A DNA stretch of 45,282 bases from an uncultured Desulfobacterales bacterium (GTDB lineage Bacteria > Desulfobacterota > DSM-4660 > Desulfatiglandales > HGW-15). The translations under genes and the position numbers were made by a program. Each line of letters opens with the position of its first letter. Positions within the stretch are counted from its first letter, which is position 1. Below the pieces are notes generated by a model that made no database searches, was not told where the DNA came from, and saw only the letters and a program-made list of their open reading frames with translations. The stretch spans positions 1 through 45,282 of the forward strand of contig CAYYVD010000002.1 of the NCBI GenBank assembly GCA_964475045.1, given 5' to 3'. This document shows, one piece after another, positions 25,967-33,663 of this stretch.

Positions 25967-27076
25967 ATGCCCGACATCATCCGCGTGGCCGTGCTCCTCG
26001 GCGGCAAGTCCGCAGAGCACGAAGTGTCTCTTCAGTCCGCCAAGAACGTGATCGGCGCCATCGACCGGAAGCGGTACGAGCCCGTTCCCGTCGGCATCGA
26101 CAAGGCCGGAGCCTGGCACCTCTGCGACCCGGACGACTACCTGAACCACCCCGACGACCCCAAACGCATTCAGCTGAACACCCGAAGCTCCGACCGCCTC
26201 GCCCTCGTGCCGGGCAGACCCGGCCATCCCCTGGTCCGTTTGAAGGACGGCGAATCCATCGGTCCCGTGGATGTGGTGTTTCCCGTTCTCCACGGCCCCA
26301 TGGGAGAGGACGGTACGGTCCAGGGCCTTCTCGAGATGGTCGACACGGCCTTTGTGGGTGCCGGTGTGCTGGGCTCAGCGGTGGGCATGGACAAGGGGGT
26401 GATGAAGCGTCTCCTGGTCGACGCGGGCCTCCCGGTGGCCCGATACCGGGCGGCCGGGTGGCACGAGAAGGACCGTCTGGACTTCGACCGGGTCTCGGCG
26501 GACCTGGGCCTACCCCTGTTCGTAAAGCCCGCCAACCTGGGTTCCTCCGTGGGCGTGAGCAAGGCGGAGGACCGGGAGGCCTTCGAGCGCGCCGTGGAGA
26601 CGGCCTTCCTCTTCGACACCCTCATTCTGGTCGAGGAGTGCATTCGGGGCCGGGAGATCGAGTGCTCGGTCCTTGGAAACGAGCGTGCCGCCGCGTCCCT
26701 GCCCGGAGAGATCCTGCCCCGCCATGCGTTCTACTCGTACGAGGCCAAGTACATCGACGAGAACGGCGCCGGTCTGGTCGTCCCCGCCGAGCTCCCCGGT
26801 GAGTCGGTGGCACGGGTTCAAGCCCTCTGCATCGAGGCCTTCAAGGCGCTCCGCTGCGAAGGGATGGCCCGGGTGGACTGCTTTCTTCGGGCAAACGGCG
26901 AGGTGGTGATCAACGAGATCAACACCATCCCCGGGTTTACGCGCATCAGCATGTACCCCAAGCTGTGGACCGCGACGGGCGTCCCCTACCGAGAGCTGAT
27001 CCATCGGTTGATTCAGCTCGGCATCGAGCGGCACGAGCGAAAAAAGGCCCTGGCCCACAGCTACTCGTTCACCTGA
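25967..27076 (+). CDS. ddl: D-alanine--D-alanine ligase
   Basis: IRVAVLLGGKSAEHEVSLQSA, FPVLHGPMGEDGTVQGLLE, FVKPANLGSSVG and EINTIPGFT. The ATG at 25967 follows GGAG. The track begins at the GTG at 25919. Confidence 0.9.
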   Translation: MPDIIRVAVLLGGKSAEHEVSLQSAKNVIGAIDRKRYEPVPVGIDKAGAWHLCDPDDYLNHPDDPKRIQLNTRSSDRLALVPGRPGHPLVRLKDGESIGPVDVVFPVLHGPMGEDGTVQGLLEMVDTAFVGAGVLGSAVGMDKGVMKRLLVDAGLPVARYRAAGWHEKDRLDFDRVSADLGLPLFVKPANLGSSVGVSKAEDREAFERAVETAFLFDTLILVEECIRGREIECSVLGNERAAASLPGEILPRHAFYSYEAKYIDENGAGLVVPAELPGESVARVQALCIEAFKALRCEGMARVDCFLRANGEVVINEINTIPGFTRISMYPKLWTATGVPYRELIHRLIQLGIERHERKKALAHSYSFT

Positions 27077-27170
27077 ACGCCGGGAGCCCGAAAGACGCCC
27101 CCTTTCGACCGGAACGCCATGGGAACCGGGAGGCCGAAGCACCACCCTGCCGGCTGTGAGGATGCTCGCG

Positions 27171-27572
27171 ATGCCCCTTCAATCCAAAGTGATCGAACCC
27201 CTGCGACTTCTTGTCACCAGGGCGATCGGCGCGCTCCGATTGTCCGACCTCCAGGAGCATCGGAAAGCCCTTCTGGCGGATCCCGGCTTCGATCCCGGCT
27301 TCAATCACCTGTTCGACCTGAGAGAGGTGGAACGCATCGCCTTTTCGTCGGAGGACGTCGTGCAGGCCACCCTGGTCCGCGCGTTTTCCGAGTCCAGCCG
27401 CAGGGCGATCGTCGCCCCCCAGGACGTCTCCTTCGGCCTCTCCCGCATGTATGAGCTGCACCGGGAGGACCATTCCGAATCCATCCGCATCTTTCGCGAT
27501 CTGGACCAGGCGCTTCAATGGCTGGGACTGGACCCGGGAGACCCCCTTTTGGCGCCGATCCCGAAGTCCTGA
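27171..27572 (+). CDS. Hypothetical protein
   Basis: The ATG at 27171 follows GAGGA. Composition is coding-like, and I recognise no motif with confidence. GTG at 27156 and ATG at 27162 are alternative starts. Confidence 0.45.
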   Translation: MPLQSKVIEPLRLLVTRAIGALRLSDLQEHRKALLADPGFDPGFNHLFDLREVERIAFSSEDVVQATLVRAFSESSRRAIVAPQDVSFGLSRMYELHREDHSESIRIFRDLDQALQWLGLDPGDPLLAPIPKS

Positions 27573-27718
27573 CGCGGAAAAACACGAACCGACCTACTCC
27601 CGCATCCACCCCACCCAGGGCCCGCTTCCGCCATGGGCGTCCGGTGTCCCGGCCCGGTGGTCCGGACGGTAACGCAGCTTGAACCCGCTGGGTCCCAGGA
27701 GGGCGCGCTCTCTCGTCG

Positions 27719-28215
27719 GCTGGTCTCCTCCACCGCGTGGAATACCTCCCCCTCGGTTTTTCGAAGCTCGATGTCCAGGCTGTGGGCCCAGCGCTCGATC
27801 TGCGCCTTCTGCTCGCAGGCCTCCTCCCTGCACAAAACCACCACCCGTTGAATCTTGATGTTCTGAGCCAGGTGCAGGCCCTCGTTCAGCAGGGCGTCCC
27901 CGGCCTCTCTTCCTCTCCCGGCATCCCCAGGACCAGGTGGTGTCCGTAGGTCCGGGGAAAGTGCGCCTCGGAGCACTCCAGCAGGGAACAGGCCGCCTCG
28001 TAGAGGTCGGGCCGGCCGAGCATGAGGAGGCGGTCCCCGGGCCGGTACACGGTGTTCTCCTCCGGGAAGACCAGGCGCTGGTTCCGCAGGATCCCCACCA
28101 CACGCCAGGTAAGGATCGTCTCATCCTTGTCCACCAAGGTCGTCTTCCAGGACTCGCCCAACCGCTTGAGCAGTTCCTGGGCGATGTACCCCACACCGCA
28201 GATCAGGATGTTCAT
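27719..28215 (-). pseudogene. RCK (TrkA_N/TrkA_C)-USP-like gene remnant with an internal deletion and a frameshift
   Basis: The ORF from 28215 starts with an intact Rossmann beta-alpha-beta (MNILICGVGYIAQELLKRLGESWKTTLVDKDE). At about nt 28115 it jumps straight to the end of an RCK_C domain (ILRNQRLVFPEENTVYRPGDRLLMLGRPDLYEA). That frame stops at 27886. A USP-like continuation (AGDALLNEGLHLAQNIKIQRVVVLCREE..TEGEVFHAVEE) runs in another frame (ORF 27515..27976) and fades after about 27719. Confidence 0.5.
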
Positions 28216-28219
28216 GGGC

Positions 28220-28876
28220 TCACCCCATCTCCCGGATCTTATTCAGGTCCTCGGAGTATCCGAGCAGCACGAGGAGATCGCTTTCCTTGATCTCGTAGCG
28301 AGGAGACGGGACCAGGGTGAACTTGGACTTGTCCGCCTCCTTGACCGCAATCACGTGCACTCCGTAGGTGGCCCGCAGGTCCAGGTCCCTGAGGGATTTT
28401 CCCACGAATGAAGCCGGGGGCGGAAGCTGGACGAGGTCGTACTCCTCCTCCAGGGGCATGTAGTCCAGGATGTTGGGCCGGGAGAGGCCCCGGGCGATCC
28501 GTGCCGCCATATCCCGTTCCGGGTGGACCGTGGAGGAGGCCCCCACCTTCTTGAGTATCACGGCGTGATCGTCGTCCAGCGACTTGGCCACGATGCTCTC
28601 CACCCCCATCTCCTTCAGGTGGTAGCAGATCAGGATGCTCGTGCTGATCTGGGTGCCTGTGCTCACCACCACGGTATCCACCTCGTCGAGCCCGAGGGCC
28701 TTGAGCCGATCCGTGTCCGTGGCGTCCAGCAGCACGGCCTGAGAGCAGTACTTGTCCATGGCCTGGACCCGGTCCCGGTTCCGATCCACAGCGATCACCT
28801 CGTTGCCGTCCTCGAACAGGCTCTTGGCCACGTGGAAACCGAACTTCCCCAGGCCGATGACTGCAAAGCGCTTCAT
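28220..28876 (-). CDS. ktrA: KtrA/TrkA-family potassium uptake regulatory subunit (single RCK_N/RCK_C)
   Basis: MKRFAVIGLGKFGFHVAKSL begins at the ATG at 28876, with GGGGGA upstream. RCK_C region: LVQLPPPASFVGKSLRDLDLRATYGVHVIAVKE. 218 aa. The 329-aa track ORF extends upstream into ktrB out of frame. Confidence 0.85.
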   Translation of the reverse strand: MKRFAVIGLGKFGFHVAKSLFEDGNEVIAVDRNRDRVQAMDKYCSQAVLLDATDTDRLKALGLDEVDTVVVSTGTQISTSILICYHLKEMGVESIVAKSLDDDHAVILKKVGASSTVHPERDMAARIARGLSRPNILDYMPLEEEYDLVQLPPPASFVGKSLRDLDLRATYGVHVIAVKEADKSKFTLVPSPRYEIKESDLLVLLGYSEDLNKIREMG

Positions 28877-28887
28877 GGTTGGTCCCC

Positions 28888-30252
28888 CTACCCGATCATC
28901 AGGTTCTCTTCCGCGTACTCGAACCCGCTCCTCGCCTCGGTCCCCGCGATGATGTAGGTGAACGCCGGAATTCCCACCCGGCCGATGAGCATCATGATCA
29001 CGATGATGACCTTGCCCGGCACACCGAGGCTGCCTGTGGCGCCCATGCTGAGCCCTACCGTGCCGAAGGCGGAGACCACCTCGAAGAGATAGCCCAGAAA
29101 GGTCTGTCCCGGCACCATCCCGTGGGTGGCCCGGTCCTGCTCCGCCCAGAGGAGGAGGAACAGCGCGGCGGAGATCAGGGCCACGGAGAGCAGGGTCACG
29201 GTTACGCACTTGGTCACCGTGTCATACGGCACGCTCTTGTAGAACATGTTCACCCGGATGCGTCCCCGGAGACGGCTCAGGGAAAAGGCCGCCAGCACGG
29301 CCAGGGTCGTGGTCTTGACGCCCCCTCCGCACGACCCCGGGGAGGCCCCGATGAACATGAGAAAGATCATGAAGGAGAGGACCGTCGGGTTCAAGGCCCC
29401 GATCTCCACGGTGTTGAACCCGGCCGTTCTGCAGGTCACGGACTGAAAGAGGCTCGCCAGCACACGCCCCATGGTCCCTTCCCGCCCCATGGCCTCTCCC
29501 CCCGTGGCCAGAAAGACGATCGCGCCTGCAGCGACGAGCACCCCGCTGGTCAGAAGAACGGCCTTGGCCTGGACCGACATGCGAAACCGCCCGACCGACC
29601 GGTTCCCCAGCAGCGACCAGAGCTCGTAGACCACGGGGAAGCCCAGGCCTCCGAGCACGATGAGCCCGCCGGCCGTGACGTTCAAGAGAAGGGAATCTCG
29701 GTAGGCGGTGAAGCTGGTATCCAGGAGGGAAAACCCGGCGTTGCAGAAGGCGGAGATCGCGTGAAACCCGGCCATGGCGAGGGCCCTGGAAAAGGGCATC
29801 TCCCCCCACCAGTGTGCGAGGAAGAAGAGCGTGCCGATCCCTTCCGCCGCGGCGGTGAACACCACGATGGAGCGCAGCAGCTGGTAGATGTCCGTCCTCG
29901 GAGTGTGAGAGAAGAGCTCCTGCACGGCCATCCGGTGCTGAAAACCGATCCGCCTCCGCACCAGCCGGAACAGGACCACCGAGACGGTCATGATGCCCAG
30001 CCCCCCGATCTGGATCATACAGAGGAGGACCCCCTGGCCGAACGGCGTGAATCGGCTTCCCGTGTCCACGACGATCAGTCCGGTGACGCAGATGGCGGAC
30101 GTGGCCGTGAAGACAGCGTCTATCAGGGGAAGGGGCGACTCCACCGAGGCCCAGGGAAGCGCCAAAAGGGCGGTGCCCAGGCCGACGGCCGCGAGGTAGC
30201 CCTCGAAGAGCAGGACGGCCGGATGGCTCCTGTGAACCCGACTCAACTGCAT
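28888..30252 (-). CDS. ktrB: KtrB/TrkH-family potassium transporter membrane subunit
   Basis: Polytopic protein with selectivity-filter-like segments (SAICVTGL, IGGLGIMT, NAGFSL, SAFGTVGLS). Confidence 0.85.
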   Translation of the reverse strand: MQLSRVHRSHPAVLLFEGYLAAVGLGTALLALPWASVESPLPLIDAVFTATSAICVTGLIVVDTGSRFTPFGQGVLLCMIQIGGLGIMTVSVVLFRLVRRRIGFQHRMAVQELFSHTPRTDIYQLLRSIVVFTAAAEGIGTLFFLAHWWGEMPFSRALAMAGFHAISAFCNAGFSLLDTSFTAYRDSLLLNVTAGGLIVLGGLGFPVVYELWSLLGNRSVGRFRMSVQAKAVLLTSGVLVAAGAIVFLATGGEAMGREGTMGRVLASLFQSVTCRTAGFNTVEIGALNPTVLSFMIFLMFIGASPGSCGGGVKTTTLAVLAAFSLSRLRGRIRVNMFYKSVPYDTVTKCVTVTLLSVALISAALFLLLWAEQDRATHGMVPGQTFLGYLFEVVSAFGTVGLSMGATGSLGVPGKVIIVIMMLIGRVGIPAFTYIIAGTEARSGFEYAEENLMIG

Positions 30253-30422
30253 GCCGCACGCGCCGCCTTTCCCCGTTCTCCCGTCAACCCGATGCGCCTC
30301 CGTCCATCCATTGACGTCCTGAAGAGGGGCGAGGACTTCATCCGCGTAGTGTATCGCAGGCCCACCGGGGGTTCAACCCTCGGCGGGCGGGAAGACCGGA
30401 GGCCGCGGGGGAGGGCGGTGAA

Positions 30423-32399
30423 TCACGCGTAGGTGGTGAGGAGGACGATCTCGTCCCCATCCCCGAGGTCGAACACCTCCGGTTTGGGCGGGTTCAGGTG
30501 AAAAACCCCCACATCCAGCCCCTGGCCCCGGCGGTGCACGCCCAGTATCGTGCTGCCCCGGCCGCGAAGGTCCTTCTCGATCTCGGCGAAGGTCAGGCTC
30601 CTTCCCTGCCACGGGCTTCCGGAGACCGGTTGGAACACGATGTCCGCCCCGGTGGTGGTGAACAGCTCGTCGAAGACGCAGGCGAGCTCCCGGCGGAGGG
30701 CGATCTGCGCCAGCATGTGGCTCAGGATCACCGGGCTGACCAGCACCTCGCAGGTATGCCTCCCAAGAAGACCGACATTTTCCGGGTCCATGAGCTCCAC
30801 CAGGAGCTGCGGCCCGCGGATCTCCTCGCTCAGGACCTCCTGAAGAAGGAGGTAGCCCACAATGGTCCGCGCGTCCGACTCCTCCCCCGAGGGAAGCCGA
30901 TCGCTGCCGACCATGACGATGTGATCGTAGGCCGCCGGCTCCAGGCGCTCCAGCTCCCGCCTCACGGTGTAGTCCGCCTCCTGCTGACGAACCGGTAGCC
31001 GCCTGCAGCGCTCACTGGTTCGCTCCACCGCAGCCTCGCGTATTCCCGAGGGAACGGTGGACGCCACGTCCACGGCGAACCGCTCGTCCGGGTAGCTCGC
31101 AAACTCGGCGACGAGGCGTGGCACCTTGTGGCTCCACCCCAGGACGAGGACCCTCTTCGTCCCCGGCGCTCTCTCGAGGGCGATCCCCGTACCTCTGGGA
31201 GGTGATGCATCGACCTCCCGACCTTCAAAAGGACGCGTGTCCTCGTAGGCGTGTGCCATGAGCACCAGCCGGTCCCTCTCCTCGATGGCGAACCCGGAGG
31301 GCGGGTTGAGATGGGGCCGGAAAGCCCCTTCCTCGTTTCTCACCACCCCGAGAAGAATGGCGTTCGAAAAACGGAGCCCCACCTGCTCGAAATCCTCCCC
31401 AGCGAACTCCGGAACCTCCCGCACGAACAGCTCGGAGCCTGAGGCGTGGGTCAGCAGCTCCGTGTAGACATGGGAGAGGCCCGGGTGCCTGACGGTCTGG
31501 GTGATCAGGCGTGCAATCACGGCGCTTCCGGCCAGCACCTCGATGGGGCCCTTGTAGGCCTTTCGCGCGATCTCCTCCTTGCGCGCGTCGAAGATCTCCG
31601 CCACGGCCAGCGGGAGCTGCCCGGCGTCCTCGACCACGGGGTGGTTGCTGAGGGACAGGAGGGTCTTGATGGTGTGGGTGTCGGCGTTCTCGGGGCCCGC
31701 CTCGGAGAACTCCCCGGCCGGCAGGAGAATCGCCGAGGCACGAAGAAAATCCACGCGGGTCAAATGAGCCCCGCGCAGGGCCGAGCCGGTTCTCAGCGTG
31801 ATCCGGCGCGGATTCCAGGGAACACCCACGCGGCTTCGAATCTCCTGCACGAGGTGGAGGCCCACCTCCTCGGCCAGGAGCACGATGTGAAGCCGTCGCG
31901 CCCCCCTGTGCTGAAGAAAGCGCCGGACCCGTCCCTCGGAGAGGAACAGGTCCCGAATCACGATCCCCGCTCGTGCGGTCCACCCCAGGATCAGGATGTG
32001 GTTCTTTCGGGCCACCGGGGTGAACCCCGCCTCGAAACGCCGCATGGTGCCGTTGAGCCACTGGGTCAGGATGGCCACCAGCGAGCCCATGAACAGCACA
32101 TAGCCCAGGACGGTGAGGACCGTAGAGACCGCCCTCCGAAAAAACCCGGCGTCGTCCCCCAGGTAGCCGGGGTCCGTGAGCCTCAGGAAAGCCCACCAGA
32201 TGGACTCCGAAGTGGTTTCACCTCCGTCGCCCCACCCTACCAGCACGCCCCCCAGGACCGAGATCACGCCGATCAGGGCGGCCACGGCCAGGAGCTGGTA
32301 GTGCGCGCCTCGAATGAGGTACCGTTCCAGGGCGAACCGCAGCCGGTTGGTCGGCTTCATACGTTTCTCCTCCTCTGCCTCCGCTTCATCCCTCGACAT
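30423..32399 (-). CDS. CASTOR/POLLUX-related putative ion channel with tandem RCK-like domains
   Basis: N-terminal TM pair with a pore-like ESIWWAFLRLTDPGYLG. Two Rossmann-like repeats follow: NHILILGWTARAGIVIRDL and RVLVLGWSHKVPRLVAEF. This layout is typical of bacterial DMI1/CASTOR homologues. The start could instead be Met14 (nt 32360). Confidence 0.7.
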   Translation of the reverse strand: MSRDEAEAEEEKRMKPTNRLRFALERYLIRGAHYQLLAVAALIGVISVLGGVLVGWGDGGETTSESIWWAFLRLTDPGYLGDDAGFFRRAVSTVLTVLGYVLFMGSLVAILTQWLNGTMRRFEAGFTPVARKNHILILGWTARAGIVIRDLFLSEGRVRRFLQHRGARRLHIVLLAEEVGLHLVQEIRSRVGVPWNPRRITLRTGSALRGAHLTRVDFLRASAILLPAGEFSEAGPENADTHTIKTLLSLSNHPVVEDAGQLPLAVAEIFDARKEEIARKAYKGPIEVLAGSAVIARLITQTVRHPGLSHVYTELLTHASGSELFVREVPEFAGEDFEQVGLRFSNAILLGVVRNEEGAFRPHLNPPSGFAIEERDRLVLMAHAYEDTRPFEGREVDASPPRGTGIALERAPGTKRVLVLGWSHKVPRLVAEFASYPDERFAVDVASTVPSGIREAAVERTSERCRRLPVRQQEADYTVRRELERLEPAAYDHIVMVGSDRLPSGEESDARTIVGYLLLQEVLSEEIRGPQLLVELMDPENVGLLGRHTCEVLVSPVILSHMLAQIALRRELACVFDELFTTTGADIVFQPVSGSPWQGRSLTFAEIEKDLRGRGSTILGVHRRGQGLDVGVFHLNPPKPEVFDLGDGDEIVLLTTYA

Positions 32400-32530
32400 T
32401 CGGCCCCGAACGGTCTTGTGCCCGTCGTGCTTGGGCAGGGCAACCCGGCCTTCTCAAACCGGGTCTCGGCCCGCCCTCGACAAGGCTCGTCTCCGGCCTG
32501 GTTTGAGGGCCGCAGGTTCCCGGCAACCGG

Positions 32531-33499
32531 CTAACCTCGAAGGACCAGGCAGGTGAGATAGGTGACGTAGGCTCCGAGCAGGAGGCCGCCTTCCCATCGG
32601 TCCAAGGTGCGTTTCCGGCCTGTGAACATGGCGAAGAACAGAAGCAGGCTGCCGAGGACCACCACACCGACATCCAGGTTGTTCGCCGTCTGAAACGGAA
32701 GCGGCCGCACGGTGGCGCTGATCCCCAGGACAAAGAAGATGTTGAAGATGTTGGAGCCCACCACGTTTCCGACGGCGATCTCCACGTTCTTCCGCGCGGC
32801 GGCCATGGCCGAGGTGGCCAGCTCGGGAAGGGACGTTCCCACGGCCACGATGGTCAGGCCTACCAGGGACTCGCTCATTCCCAGAGACGTGGCCGTGTGC
32901 ACCGCCCCGCGCACGATCCAGTCCCCGCCCAGGGCCAACGCGGCCAATCCCAGGAGAACGTACAGGATCGATTGGACGGTTCCCATCACCTTGGCAGGGA
33001 CTTCCTCCTGCATGCCCTCGACCTTCCCGGCGATGGAGGCGGAGTAGTAGAGGAACACGATGAAGAAAGCGATCAGGACCATCCCGTCGATTCGAGTGAG
33101 GGCCGACGCCCCGGCCCGGTCGATCCACTGATCGTTGGCCAGGACCCCAAGCAGACAGGCCGCGAGGAGGCTCAAGGGGATCTCCTTCCACACGGTCCCC
33201 TTTCCCACGCCCAGGGGATAGACCATGGACGCGACCCCGAGGATCAGGAAGATGTTGGCGATGTTGCTGCCCAGGACGTTTCCGATGGCGATGTCCGTGC
33301 TCCCTCTGGCGCTGGCCGTGAGATTCACGAACAGCTCCGGGCTGGAGGTTCCAAACGCCACCACCGTGAGCCCGATGACGAGGTCCGAGACGCCCATGCG
33401 CCTCCCCAGGGACGCGCCCCCGCTCACCAGGAGATCGGCCCCCTTGATCAAGAGGACGAACCCGACCACCAGAAACAGATACGGAAGATAGGTGGACAT
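32531..33499 (-). CDS. CaCA-family calcium/sodium antiporter (YrbG-like)
   Basis: Two alpha-repeats: GTSSPELFVN..GNVLGSNIANI and GTSLPELATS..GNVVGSNIFNI. The ATG at 33499 follows GGGAGG. The track ORF begins 21 codons earlier. Confidence 0.85.
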   Translation of the reverse strand: MSTYLPYLFLVVGFVLLIKGADLLVSGGASLGRRMGVSDLVIGLTVVAFGTSSPELFVNLTASARGSTDIAIGNVLGSNIANIFLILGVASMVYPLGVGKGTVWKEIPLSLLAACLLGVLANDQWIDRAGASALTRIDGMVLIAFFIVFLYYSASIAGKVEGMQEEVPAKVMGTVQSILYVLLGLAALALGGDWIVRGAVHTATSLGMSESLVGLTIVAVGTSLPELATSAMAAARKNVEIAVGNVVGSNIFNIFFVLGISATVRPLPFQTANNLDVGVVVLGSLLLFFAMFTGRKRTLDRWEGGLLLGAYVTYLTCLVLRG

Positions 33500-33663
33500 G
33501 ATCCTCCCTCTCAGCGCGGTGCTGCGGCGGGCGCACCCTTCGCTCGCGGGATGCGCTTCCATCGAGGCCGCCGAATGCTTTTCATTCGTTCCGTATCATT
33601 GTAACATAGGTTGTTTTTCGAACTGGATCAAGCGCCACGAACCCTCCTCCAACGGGGACCGAC

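Noticed and set aside
27515-27718. The distal part of minus-strand ORF 27515..27976, considered as coding sequence.
   Set aside because: After the USP-like stretch, the translation becomes Pro/Gly/Ser/Arg-rich and overlaps the 3' end of the convergent plus-strand gene 27171..27572. I treat it as non-coding read-through of the pseudogene.
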